A DNA stretch of 57,323 nucleotides from a virus. Its lineage: Duplodnaviria; Caudoviricetes. Below are positions 48,203 to 57,244 of this stretch, one piece after another. A program made the translations under genes and the position numbers. Below the pieces are notes generated by a model, which was not told where the DNA came from, did no database searches, and saw nothing but the letters and a program-made list of their open reading frames with translations. Position 1 is the stretch's first letter. Each line of letters starts with the position of its first letter. The stretch covers positions 1-57,323 of the IMG/VR virus record IMGVR_UViG_3300025084_003544; one strand, written 5' to 3'.

Positions 48203-49212
48203 TTAACCTCACACTTATCCCACAGATGAGAATCAACTAATCCTGATTCTCTTCTGAGATCTGTTTCATACATTTCCATCGCCAATTCTTCAAAATCGTA
48301 TTCTGGCATCCATCCTAAAACTTTCATCATTTTAGAAGGATCTCCCCATAGTTTTGGAACTTCACAAGGGCGATAGAATTTTGGATCGATGACAACATGA
48401 TCTTTAATGTCAAGCCCGGCATACTCAAATACATATTCAAGAAACTGTTGGACTGAATTGGTTTTACCTGTTGCTAATACATAGTCATCTGCTACATCGT
48501 GCTGTAGCATCATCCACATTCCTTTCACATAATCTTTTGCATGCCCCCAATCTCTAAGGGCAGAAAGATTACCTAGGCGAAGTTCCTTTTGGTGCCCTAG
48601 TTTGATTCTTGATGCCGCTTTCGTTATCTTTCTAGTGACAAAGTTTTCTCCTCTTCTTGGAGATTCATGATTGAAAAGAATGCCAGAGCATGCAAAGATG
48701 CCATATGATTTACGATATGTCCCTACCATATGGTGTGCAGCAAGTTTGGCACAAGCATATGGAGAAACAGGAGAGAAACGAGTTCCAAGCCCTTGAGGAC
48801 ATTGAGCATTGTCTCCAAACATCTCACTAGTAGATGCTTGATAGAACTTACAGGATGGCTTCTGCAAGCGTATAGCCTCTAATGCATACAAGCACCCCAT
48901 CAAGTTGATTTCCGTTGTAGAGACAGGTGTCTTGAAGGACGTACCTACATGTGATTGAGCAGCCAAATTATAATATTCATCTGGTTGATATTCATGTACT
49001 AAACGATAAAGAGAAGCAGAGTCTGTAACGTCTGCTTCCTCTAGAATAAAATTACCGTTATCAAGCAAGTGAGAAATATTTTGAGTCTTATTGGAAAAGT
49101 CAGATACTGTTCTGCGATGAGTGCCAATCACCTTGTAGCCCTTATCAATCAGAAATTCTGAAAGATAAGAGCCATCTTGTCCAGTAACACCAGTTACTAT
49201 TGCAGTTTTCAT
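48199..49212 (-). CDS. gmd: GDP-mannose 4,6-dehydratase
   Basis: TGVTGQDGSYL, YNLAAQSHV, FYQASTSEMFG, SPYACAK, GILFNHESPRRGENFVTRKIT, RDWGHAKDYV. Confidence 0.97.
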   Translation of the reverse strand: MKTAIVTGVTGQDGSYLSEFLIDKGYKVIGTHRRTVSDFSNKTQNISHLLDNGNFILEEADVTDSASLYRLVHEYQPDEYYNLAAQSHVGTSFKTPVSTTEINLMGCLYALEAIRLQKPSCKFYQASTSEMFGDNAQCPQGLGTRFSPVSPYACAKLAAHHMVGTYRKSYGIFACSGILFNHESPRRGENFVTRKITKAASRIKLGHQKELRLGNLSALRDWGHAKDYVKGMWMMLQHDVADDYVLATGKTNSVQQFLEYVFEYAGLDIKDHVVIDPKFYRPCEVPKLWGDPSKMMKVLGWMPEYDFEELAMEMYETDLRRESGLVDSHLWDKCEVK

Positions 49213-50480
49213 AATATTACAACTCCTTCTTCGCTTTGTGAATCAAACTCAATCTCCAACTGTTCGTTGAACAGATCATAATAATGTTGCTCACCTAGGT
49301 AAGATTCCTGAAGTTCCTTAGCCAACATGTTCCAGTGATGTGTGTTTTGGTATACATCTCTCATTTTACTTCTAGCGTCTTCATTGTCAACATAAGCCCA
49401 TTTAGAATCTGCTTGAAGGACTCCATTCCAGACTGCTTGCTTAGGAATAGCCTTAAGTTCGTACTTCACAGCAGCAAACTTCTTTTTAAAAGTTGTAATC
49501 TTTCCTTTGGTTTTCCCACCCTTAAGTTTTCCTTCAGGATTAACATCCTCCTTAATAGTTAAGAAATCCAAATGCCCACTCCAGTCAGTTGCTACGACAG
49601 GCAGTCCATTGCAAGATGCCTCGTATAAAGGAAGTCCAAATCCTTCCCCATGAGTAAAAGATACCATCGCTTTCACTTTAGGGTGATTATATAAGCCTTG
49701 CATTTGTTCATCAGATAAATTACCGTGCAACAGATTAATCGAACACTTCCAGCCTTCTGATTTCGCTGTGTTGGAGATTTCAGAAAATTGCTTTTGTATA
49801 TTATGGAAATCCATAACAGAATCATTAGCCATGTGCACTTTCAGTAAAAGCCCGACATCTTCATTCTTGAACTCTTCGATAAAGTTATTAATAACAGCAT
49901 CAACATTCTTACGTGGGCCCAATTGAGCAACACACAAAAAATTAAAATCATGCTTCAAGTTAAGTTCTAAATCTACTGACTCAATGTTTCTTTTGGGAAA
50001 CCCTACAAAAGAAATTGGAGTTTCGCACTTATACTCTGGAATTTTCTTTCCTGTGGAGTTATCTACTGCTTCGTATGTAGTATTTTTAAATACATCCATT
50101 CCGTGCTTCGAAATAGTGACTACTTTGTCCACTTCGTTACCCTTTACAAGCCACTCTCCAGCAACCTTATCTGTCTCGATTCCTGCCGTATATCCAACAT
50201 CATGGGGGCTAAGACGCTTCCATTCATTCGGTATTGTACATTGAACAGAAGCATCAAATTGTCCACCATTTTGTTGATATAAGACAGTCTTCTGCAGCAA
50301 GGCATCAATTAGTTTTCTTTCTTGATTGTCCTTCCAGATCCATCCAGACTTTCCCCAATTGATATTATGCATGTACAAATCAATTCCGGGGTTTGACATC
50401 ATTGCTCTAAGAGCAAATCTTCCCATTTCACCATAACCAGATCTAGAAAGAACTGGTGCTACTAATAATACTTTTTTCAC
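49209..50480 (-). CDS. GT4-family (GT-B) glycosyltransferase
   Basis: SGYG, RKNV, GEGFGLPLYEA..GLPVVATDWSGHLDF. Confidence 0.9.
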   Translation of the reverse strand: MKKVLLVAPVLSRSGYGEMGRFALRAMMSNPGIDLYMHNINWGKSGWIWKDNQERKLIDALLQKTVLYQQNGGQFDASVQCTIPNEWKRLSPHDVGYTAGIETDKVAGEWLVKGNEVDKVVTISKHGMDVFKNTTYEAVDNSTGKKIPEYKCETPISFVGFPKRNIESVDLELNLKHDFNFLCVAQLGPRKNVDAVINNFIEEFKNEDVGLLLKVHMANDSVMDFHNIQKQFSEISNTAKSEGWKCSINLLHGNLSDEQMQGLYNHPKVKAMVSFTHGEGFGLPLYEASCNGLPVVATDWSGHLDFLTIKEDVNPEGKLKGGKTKGKITTFKKKFAAVKYELKAIPKQAVWNGVLQADSKWAYVDNEDARSKMRDVYQNTHHWNMLAKELQESYLGEQHYYDLFNEQLEIEFDSQSEEGVVIL

Positions 50481-51742
50481 GCTACCTCCAATAGTCTATA
50501 ATTTGAATGCTTTCTTGTTTCCCAAGAGCCTTCTTCTTCATGGATCTTAAGCATTAAATCAACCCATGTTTTATTGAACACTTCAAAACTATAGTTCTTT
50601 ACTACGTGTTCTCTGCCTGCTCTACCATATATTGCTCTATCTTCTTCAGACATTCCATACATTGAACGGAGTGCTGCTACAACTTTCTTTCCGTTTAAAC
50701 GATCTTCATAAATGTAAGGCACTTGCTGTGAGCCGATCACTGATTTAGAATCTGGCTCTAAGCCTATGCCAAACCATGCTTTTCCGTCTGTTACCTGCTC
50801 TTGCAAACCACCTGTCATGTTAACGATTATCGGTGTGCCACAAGATAGAGATTCTAACGTTGCCAAGCCAAAGCCTTCTGCATCTGAAACGTTAATTGTA
50901 CAATCAACAAAGTTATAAAACATAGCCAATTGTCCCATGCCAACTTTCTGAGTAGAGAACAATACTTGCCCTTTGTCAATCTCCAACTCTCGAACGATTG
51001 CATGAAGATCTTGTCCATATCCATCTTTTGGATCTGTATGCATAATTAAAGACGCTTTGTCGTGCCCCACTTGATCTAAGAATTCTTTAAACCAAAATAA
51101 TAGAGAACCACTCTGTTTGCGTCTAGCATTGCGATTGTTCCAAAAGAAAAGAAATTTTCCTTCTGAATTATGTTGCTCATCAAATGCTGTTCTAAATTGT
51201 TCTATCTGCTCTTCTGGAAGAGGCTTAAAAAAGTCTGAATCTACGGCATGTGGTACGTACAATTCATTAACATCAGGCGCAACTTTCTGCACAATATCAC
51301 TAGTGACTTTAGAAATCGAAGCAATAAAGTCATTAGACTCATAAAAAGCCTGATTGTACTTAGGTAATGGGTAGTTATCCCACACATGATAATAAACCAT
51401 AGGAATTAGAGAGCGAATCTCCGCTTCTATTTCCCATAGCCAACCATAAAAACGAGGATCAGTCATAAAATACAAAACATCAGGACGTTCATTCCTGATG
51501 ATAGATCTCACAATATCCTGTGTTCCGTAGCCATCAACAGGGAAGATTTTCCATCTTTCTCCCCATTGCTCCGTGATCTGTGGCTTAAGATCCGGATGCT
51601 TAATTGCCCCACCAAGACTGATGATATCAAACTTATCAGACTTGAGCAGGGCTTCTATAATATATTTTGTTTGAGTTCCGACACCCGATGGTGATAGTGG
51701 GTGATCAGAAATAGTTAAAATTTTAATTCTTTTTTCCGACAT
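50477..51742 (-). CDS. GT4-family (GT-B) glycosyltransferase
   Basis: SGVG, PHAVD...F.P, NRNARRK, EGFGLATLESLSCGTPII...GG..EQV. Confidence 0.9.
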   Translation of the reverse strand: MSEKRIKILTISDHPLSPSGVGTQTKYIIEALLKSDKFDIISLGGAIKHPDLKPQITEQWGERWKIFPVDGYGTQDIVRSIIRNERPDVLYFMTDPRFYGWLWEIEAEIRSLIPMVYYHVWDNYPLPKYNQAFYESNDFIASISKVTSDIVQKVAPDVNELYVPHAVDSDFFKPLPEEQIEQFRTAFDEQHNSEGKFLFFWNNRNARRKQSGSLLFWFKEFLDQVGHDKASLIMHTDPKDGYGQDLHAIVRELEIDKGQVLFSTQKVGMGQLAMFYNFVDCTINVSDAEGFGLATLESLSCGTPIIVNMTGGLQEQVTDGKAWFGIGLEPDSKSVIGSQQVPYIYEDRLNGKKVVAALRSMYGMSEEDRAIYGRAGREHVVKNYSFEVFNKTWVDLMLKIHEEEGSWETRKHSNYRLLEVA

Positions 51743-51757
51743 TTCTTCTCCTTTATG

Positions 51758-52537
51758 TTACGGACAGTGTTCAGTACCCTTGAACTCACAATAAGCACAA
51801 GAGAGTCTATTCTTAATATAAACACGATTATCGATATTGTGAAGGGCTCTTACTAATAATTCCATAGCATTCTCTGTTCTTCTCTTTCCAGAAGTAACTT
51901 TGAATAACTCTACTTCATTAGACTTTGCAGTCCTTTTCAAGAGCCCAAAATGGCATTCGATATTCTTTGGATCGATGCCATGTTTAATCGCATAATAATG
52001 CTTATAAAAAATCAATTGGTAGACAACCATCTTATCAGACTTTCTTTTAGCGTCCCAGCCCCAAGAGCAAGTTTTCCAATCTAATATGTGATAAGTGTTG
52101 CCTTTCTTGACAATCAAGTCAATGAAACCCTTAAACTTAAAAGGGGTTCCTTTATATTCTGGTATATCTTCGAAGATATCCTCTTCGCATTTTACAATCT
52201 CGTAATCTTTACCAAAGTAAGAATCGAGTTTGGCTTTATATTTCTCTACCAAGTTTTCTCCTTGAGTCCTAAATTCACCAAAATGGCTGTCTTTAATCTC
52301 TTCGGACAATAGGCTTCTTTCTTTCTCAAAGGCAGAACCAAAGTACTCTCTAAGTCCTTGCTCATCTATCTCATTCTCTAAGTGCTTTTCAATCGTCTCA
52401 TGCACAGCAGAGCCAAAAGCGGTATAAATGTTTCCAGAAAAAGAGCCATCTACCTTGTCAATATTTGATAGTTTGTGATAGAAAGGGCATTTAGCCCAGT
52501 TTTTAAGTTGTGAAAAAGAAATATATTTGTTAGTCAT
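51758..52537 (-). CDS. PD-(D/E)XK nuclease, RecB/AddB/Cas4-like, with a probable Fe-S cluster
   Basis: SFSQL...CP, FGSAVHE, GFIDL...ILDWKT, QLIFY, and C-terminal CAYC...C (1+3 cysteine arrangement). Confidence 0.88.
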   Translation of the reverse strand: MTNKYISFSQLKNWAKCPFYHKLSNIDKVDGSFSGNIYTAFGSAVHETIEKHLENEIDEQGLREYFGSAFEKERSLLSEEIKDSHFGEFRTQGENLVEKYKAKLDSYFGKDYEIVKCEEDIFEDIPEYKGTPFKFKGFIDLIVKKGNTYHILDWKTCSWGWDAKRKSDKMVVYQLIFYKHYYAIKHGIDPKNIECHFGLLKRTAKSNEVELFKVTSGKRRTENAMELLVRALHNIDNRVYIKNRLSCAYCEFKGTEHCP

Positions 52538-52872
52538 TAATCCCCCGATTTTGATTTTTTTGTTCTTCTTTTCTTATACGTTTGAGTGCTAGGTTTATTC
52601 ACTTTTTCTTCAACTTTATCAATCTTATTGAATACCCAAGTACCTTCTAGGGTAGGCTTTAATCCTTTTGTCGAATAAGAAGTCAAATGTTCATTCGTTC
52701 GACTCTGCAATTCATATTCTGAAAGTGTTATGCCTTGCTCTTTCAAGTATTGATTTAGTTCAGAATTGGAAAACTGCTGTACTGGATCATTGGCGTATCT
52801 TCTAGCCGGCAATTCAACACTAACAATCAATTGTTCATCATTCTCTATTTTATCGATTTTGATTTCTTTCAT
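52537..52872 (-). CDS. Hypothetical protein
   Basis: 111-aa ORF with an AAGGAG RBS and a basic C-terminal tail. Confidence 0.6.
   Translation of the reverse strand: MKEIKIDKIENDEQLIVSVELPARRYANDPVQQFSNSELNQYLKEQGITLSEYELQSRTNEHLTSYSTKGLKPTLEGTWVFNKIDKVEEKVNKPSTQTYKKRRTKKSKSGD
52575..52601 (-). promoter_or_regulatory. Bipartite promoter motif, copy 3
   Basis: TGAATA-N10-TCAAACGTATA inside the 3' end of 52537..52872, 37 nt upstream of the nuclease ATG. Confidence 0.75.
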
Positions 52873-52882
52873 AATATTCTCC

Positions 52883-53608
52883 TTAATTAATTTTAAAATC
52901 TGTACTCTTGTCTAGTAGTTCTATTCTAGAGTGTAATATTGGTGATATGTTCTTGAGTTTAAGTCCACCTTCTAAGTAATAGTCTTCAAACCCAGTAGCA
53001 AAGTACTCACGTACTGAGGTTGCAGCATATGGACGTATGAACAAAGATGGAGCCATATTAGTCATCTTTTCATAGCCAACTGTCTTATATAAAAACTCAT
53101 CCATCTTCTTATCAAATTCAGTATTAATAAAGTCAAAATAAGACATATCATACTTCTCTAGAGTGTACTTCTGTGCCACTAAGTCATGTAGTCTGTTCAT
53201 CTTTCCCAGATACTCGTTGATAATTTTCCCATCTTGATATATTGCCTCAGAATTATTCTCTTCAAATCTATGAGCAAACTCATGTATTAGATCATCTAGA
53301 ATCTCTTTCTCACTAGTCAGTTCTTCACTGGAAATATAGATGTTGTCTTTATGATGCAAGGCAGTGAGTGATCTTTTCTTGAGTATGTCAAATTCTCCAA
53401 AGTATACATTATTGATTCCCAAGTACGACGAAACGGGCAAATTGCTACGCAACAAGCCCATTACTTTTTCAATGTTAATATTTTTCTTAAGAGGCTTATC
53501 AAGTACGAACTCAATCCCTCTATTAAAATAAAATCTCTTCTTTTCAGAAAGAATTTTACTCTGCGATTTTTGCAGTAACTTCGTTAAGTTGCTTCTGTTC
53601 CTTGACAA
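52883..53608 (-). CDS. Zincin-like metallopeptidase-domain protein
   Basis: LIHEFAH (HExxH) plus downstream YAATSVREYFA, the third-ligand pattern of lethal-factor-like zincins. Confidence 0.7.
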   Translation of the reverse strand: MSRNRSNLTKLLQKSQSKILSEKKRFYFNRGIEFVLDKPLKKNINIEKVMGLLRSNLPVSSYLGINNVYFGEFDILKKRSLTALHHKDNIYISSEELTSEKEILDDLIHEFAHRFEENNSEAIYQDGKIINEYLGKMNRLHDLVAQKYTLEKYDMSYFDFINTEFDKKMDEFLYKTVGYEKMTNMAPSLFIRPYAATSVREYFATGFEDYYLEGGLKLKNISPILHSRIELLDKSTDFKIN

Positions 53609-53804
53609 GACGCTCTCCTTCTTCTACATCGTTTAATGCCTGTTCGTATCCACGAATCCAGTTTTCTTCTGCTATAAGCAATAAGAACTCAGGAAACTCT
53701 TCAGACATTACTTCAACGATATGATCTACGGTGACATCTCCATTATCAGGACTAGTCTTTTCTCCAACATATGTTACAAGAATTTCTTTAATAGTTTTTT
53801 CCAC
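53556..53804 (-). CDS. Hypothetical protein
   Basis: 82-aa ORF with a GTG start and GGAGG RBS, directly downstream of promoter copy 4. Confidence 0.65.
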   Translation of the reverse strand: MEKTIKEILVTYVGEKTSPDNGDVTVDHIVEVMSEEFPEFLLLIAEENWIRGYEQALNDVEEGERLVKEQKQLNEVTAKIAE

Positions 53805-53827
53805 GAATACCTCCAGTGTATATTATC

Positions 53828-53855
53828 TATACGTTTGAATGTAAAGGTTTATTCA
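53828..53855 (-). promoter_or_regulatory. Bipartite promoter motif, copy 4
   Basis: TGAATA-N11-TCAAACGTATA in the 98-nt intergenic gap, 23 nt upstream of the GTG at 53804, with an A-tract upstream. Confidence 0.82.
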
Positions 53856-53902
53856 TTTTTTTTACATATTTTTTCTCTTATGTAAAAGAAATCCAATTTT
53901 CT

Positions 53903-55327
53903 TTACAAACGTTTGGCGGCTTCGGTGGCTAATCTAGATCTTTCACCTTTTTTGAACGATACGTGTCCGGAGATTGCTGAATCTTTAAACTTTTCGATAG
54001 CATATGTGAGTCCATTAGAAGTCTCATTTGTGTATATATTATCAATCTGTTCGATATCACCGGTGAGTACCACTTTCGTTCCCTCTCCTGCTCTAGTGAT
54101 AATAGTCTTTACTTCGTGTGCAGTAAGATTCTGCGCTTCATCAATAATAATAAAAGCATTAGAAATAGAACGCCCTCTGATGTAAGTCAGTGCTTCTAAC
54201 TCAATTGCTCCAGATTCCATCAATTGTTCTATAATAATTTTATCATTTCCTACGATGAACTGAATGTTGTCTTGAATTGGCTTAAGCCATGGCATCATTT
54301 TCTCTTCCATAGTGCCCGGTAAAAACCCAATATCTTTACCTAGGGGCTGAACTGGGCGAGATACAACCATTTTATTAAATACCATACCTTCCTCATCATC
54401 TTCCATCATATTATATTTCTTAGACAATTGCATTTTGTGTCTTGTGTCGGGCTTACTGTTGAACATTCTAGCAAATGTTATAGACTGTTCCATACCAGCA
54501 GCGATTGCACACAAAGTCTTACCGGAACCTGCTTGCCCAGTGAGGGTAACCAAGTGAATATCTGGATCCATCAAGAGATCAAAGGCAAATGTCTGTTCTT
54601 TGTTTCTAGGCTGCACTCCCCAATTCAGAATGTTCTTACAGTCTAGTAAACGATCAACTGGCTCATTACAACTGTAATAACGACACAATGCTGTTTTCTT
54701 TTCATTAAATGAAGACACTAGCATTAAGAAAATATTTGGATAAAGAGCAATCTTTTGCTCGGCTGCAATTTCTTTTGTAATGAAGATATCTTCACCAGAG
54801 TAAAATCGATCTATCAATTCATCATCAACAAGTATGCTAGCCATCCCAGAATATAATTTATCACTGTCTTCGACAACCTGAGATACCAAATAGTCTTGAG
54901 AAAGCATTCCAATTGAATCGGCAATAACTCTCAAGTTTATGTCTCTTGATACTAAAACAACTTTTCTAGACTTTGGCGTATTAGCCATGACTGACATTGC
55001 TGTCTCTAAGATCATGTGATCAGCAACTCCAGAGGTTAAATCTTTTGGAAGTTTTTCAGTCACATTATCATATGTCACAACGGACACAATACCCTTTCCT
55101 TTTTCAATCCTGACGCCTTTTTGTAGTGAACCTTTTTCTCTCAAAGCATCTAAAATCCGAATAAAAGATCTAGCGTTTGAACCTACAGAATCTTGCCTCT
55201 TTTTGTGTTTGTCTACTTCTTCTAGTACCTTCAATGGAATTACAATGTCATTGTTTCCGAATTTATGAATACAACTAAAATCGCTTAGAAATACGCTTGT
55301 ATCAATCACATATGTTTTTTTTGCCAT
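53903..55327 (-). CDS. phoH: PhoH2-type protein (PIN domain plus PhoH ATPase)
   Basis: PIN: YVIDTSV, VLEEVD, LVSRDINLR. PhoH: GQAGSGKT, IGFLPG..EEKM.PW, YIRGRS, IIDEAQN, LTGD..QID. Confidence 0.95.
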   Translation of the reverse strand: MAKKTYVIDTSVFLSDFSCIHKFGNNDIVIPLKVLEEVDKHKKRQDSVGSNARSFIRILDALREKGSLQKGVRIEKGKGIVSVVTYDNVTEKLPKDLTSGVADHMILETAMSVMANTPKSRKVVLVSRDINLRVIADSIGMLSQDYLVSQVVEDSDKLYSGMASILVDDELIDRFYSGEDIFITKEIAAEQKIALYPNIFLMLVSSFNEKKTALCRYYSCNEPVDRLLDCKNILNWGVQPRNKEQTFAFDLLMDPDIHLVTLTGQAGSGKTLCAIAAGMEQSITFARMFNSKPDTRHKMQLSKKYNMMEDDEEGMVFNKMVVSRPVQPLGKDIGFLPGTMEEKMMPWLKPIQDNIQFIVGNDKIIIEQLMESGAIELEALTYIRGRSISNAFIIIDEAQNLTAHEVKTIITRAGEGTKVVLTGDIEQIDNIYTNETSNGLTYAIEKFKDSAISGHVSFKKGERSRLATEAAKRL

Positions 55328-55347
55328 GTTGACTCCTTTTTGTGTCT

Positions 55348-55623
55348 TTAAATTAGCATCAAGATCTCTAAAACGAGATTACTTGTACCTTTAAATATCC
55401 TATGGTATGACATTTTGGGAATAAAATATTCTTTTCCTTCAATTAATTTCTTTGGAAGTTCGTTGTCAAGTTGAAGATACCATGCTTGCCCTTCAAGGAC
55501 TTTTACCACTCTATCCTCTCTGTCCATATGCCAAACCAATTCAGACGTGTCTACGTCCATCATGAACGTCCTACGAACTATGTTTTCTTTTATTTTGACT
55601 TGCTTAAATGGAAAACCATCCAT
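55348..55623 (-). CDS. Small cupin-like protein
   Basis: LVWH.D.E.R...LEG..W..Q.D...P......FIPK..YHR..KG pattern. Confidence 0.7.
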   Translation of the reverse strand: MDGFPFKQVKIKENIVRRTFMMDVDTSELVWHMDREDRVVKVLEGQAWYLQLDNELPKKLIEGKEYFIPKMSYHRIFKGTSNLVLEILMLI

Positions 55624-56219
55624 TACCAGAACCTTCCGGGAACATTTGTCCCGAAATCTTTATGTGCTCTACAAGCCCAGTATCCGGCTTTAGTGCGATC
55701 TTTTTTCTCAGCGCAGTTATGACGCGAAGCGAATGATGAACGAGCCTCAGCGTTGTTCCAGTTGCCTTTAAGTCCACCTTTTGAATCACCATAAGAAATC
55801 TTTTTGATTCTTCCAGTCTTCTTGCTGCGAACATAGACTTGATATTTCTTACCACCGGAGCCCTTCATCGGCTTTCCAATTGGTGGATCTTTCTTCTTCT
55901 TTTTCTTCTTTGCTTCCTCAATTGTCTCCATATACATAGGAAAATCAAGGGGAACTCTTTCACCTTTAAATTCAACCCACTCTCCTAGATCAGACTCTAG
56001 AAGTTCTTTTTCTTCCTCATTGAGAGGGGTATAAATTCCTTCATTATAAGCCTTTCTGGCTTCAGATATCACTTCAAAATAAGAGTCAGATCCTACACGA
56101 TAAATATTATCCGTAAGAGGTGTTCTGGAATCAATGTGGTGCTTCAATCCTTCTGATAAGAGAGCAATTTTAGTCTCCTCCAAAATGATTGCTTTTAATC
56201 TTTGTTTAGTGATTTTCAT
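55623..56219 (-). CDS. Putative internal head protein with a basic C-terminal module
   Basis: N-terminal MKITKQRLKAIILEE, several (I/L)-x-E motifs and a poly-Lys run, followed by a basic KKYQVYV...KISYGD...FASRHNC...AGYWAC module. Confidence 0.6.
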   Translation of the reverse strand: MKITKQRLKAIILEETKIALLSEGLKHHIDSRTPLTDNIYRVGSDSYFEVISEARKAYNEGIYTPLNEEEKELLESDLGEWVEFKGERVPLDFPMYMETIEEAKKKKKKKDPPIGKPMKGSGGKKYQVYVRSKKTGRIKKISYGDSKGGLKGNWNNAEARSSFASRHNCAEKKDRTKAGYWACRAHKDFGTNVPGRFW

Positions 56220-57223
56220 TTCTTTTTTCCTTTGCGTTTAGCATCTTTTTTGCCCCAAGATTTACCTTTAGAGCCTTTCATTTTCTTGCAAGCACCGGGA
56301 GTTGGACGACATGCAGGATATCTTTTTCGCTTCTCACCAGAACTCTTTCCACAAGACTTATATCCACCTGAACCATCTGGTGCATTACAATCAACCCATC
56401 CTTTCTTCTTTCCTTTTGCTCCTCTTCTACCAAACCAGTCTCTAAGAGATTTTTCAGAAGATGGCTTTGAGGTTAGTTTACGCTTTTTTTCCATCAAAAA
56501 TTTATTAACTTTCTTCTTCAATGAACTGATCAAGCCATCAATGGGCATATCGTACACCAAACTTGCGTGGTATCCTGCGCCTCTCATCATAGAAGCAAAT
56601 TCATCTAAAAAATTGTTAAATTCAACAAAATCATCATGAGAGTCTGGATACAACATCTCTACCGATGCGGCGTACTGTGGATCAATTTCTGACGGATTTG
56701 AAGCAGCCATCTGACGGCTGGGGTATCTCTTTGTCCAGTTCACCCTAGTGGTTGATCCGTTATACTTTCTTTTTAGTCTCTCCAACTGATCTATAGCAGT
56801 AAAGATAAAGTCTTGATGCTGCTGATAGTGTTGTTCTAACTGTTGCCTACTCATTTGTGTGGATTCTGAGACTATCTCCTCTAAGGTTTCCTCATCTAGT
56901 TCTAACTCTTCATTAGTCTTTTTAGACTTATTACCCCAGTTCTTTGCGCCAACCTTTCGGCACTTAACAAGAGCACCGGAAGCATATGCACTCGGCCACA
57001 CATCATATCGAGAACGTACCTTGTGATAGCAAGCATCCTTCTTACCCTTCTTCTTTTTCTTTTTTTTCTTCTTTTTCTCGTCGAGGAGTTCTTCAGCCTC
57101 GTTTAAAATCTGAGAATAGTCTTCAATATCTTCAAAGTCATCTTCAGATATAAGCGATAGATTCGGTTCATATTCGTATTTAGGCTCTTCATCGATGAAG
57201 AACCGTCTCCATTTATTATTCAT
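56216..57223 (-). CDS. Putative internal head protein with alternating acidic and basic modules
   Basis: Acidic linkers with (I/L)-x-E separate the basic modules DACYHKV...WPSAYASGALVKCRK and SLRDWF...WVDC...CG...YPACRP. Confidence 0.6.
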   Translation of the reverse strand: MNNKWRRFFIDEEPKYEYEPNLSLISEDDFEDIEDYSQILNEAEELLDEKKKKKKKKKKGKKDACYHKVRSRYDVWPSAYASGALVKCRKVGAKNWGNKSKKTNEELELDEETLEEIVSESTQMSRQQLEQHYQQHQDFIFTAIDQLERLKRKYNGSTTRVNWTKRYPSRQMAASNPSEIDPQYAASVEMLYPDSHDDFVEFNNFLDEFASMMRGAGYHASLVYDMPIDGLISSLKKKVNKFLMEKKRKLTSKPSSEKSLRDWFGRRGAKGKKKGWVDCNAPDGSGGYKSCGKSSGEKRKRYPACRPTPGACKKMKGSKGKSWGKKDAKRKGKKK

Positions 57224-57244
57224 AGGTAACCCTCATTTTGTTAA

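Noticed and set aside
51758-52537. Possible CRISPR-Cas locus suggested by the Cas4-like nuclease
   Set aside because: No repeat-spacer array and no other cas gene seen in the window.
53818-53846. Sigma70-like TTTACA-N17-TATACA promoter
   Set aside because: The -10 is poor and the pattern is not shared by the other three sites; the TGAATA/CGTATA motif explains the region better.
55604-55855. 83-aa minus-strand ORF overlapping 55623..56219, and similar short out-of-frame ORFs inside the giant gene
   Set aside because: Alternative-frame ORFs inside well-supported genes, with no motif support.
844-56639. All plus-strand ORFs in the track (for example 37644..38279, 38298..38753, 16933..17361, 56202..56639)
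   Set aside because: They are antisense shadows of long minus-strand genes, rich in Ser/Leu/Phe, with no recognisable motifs.
57041-57078. Programmed frameshift at the A-rich poly-Lys tract
   Set aside because: The reading frame continues into a coherent conserved-looking module, and no useful alternative-frame product or stimulatory structure was seen.
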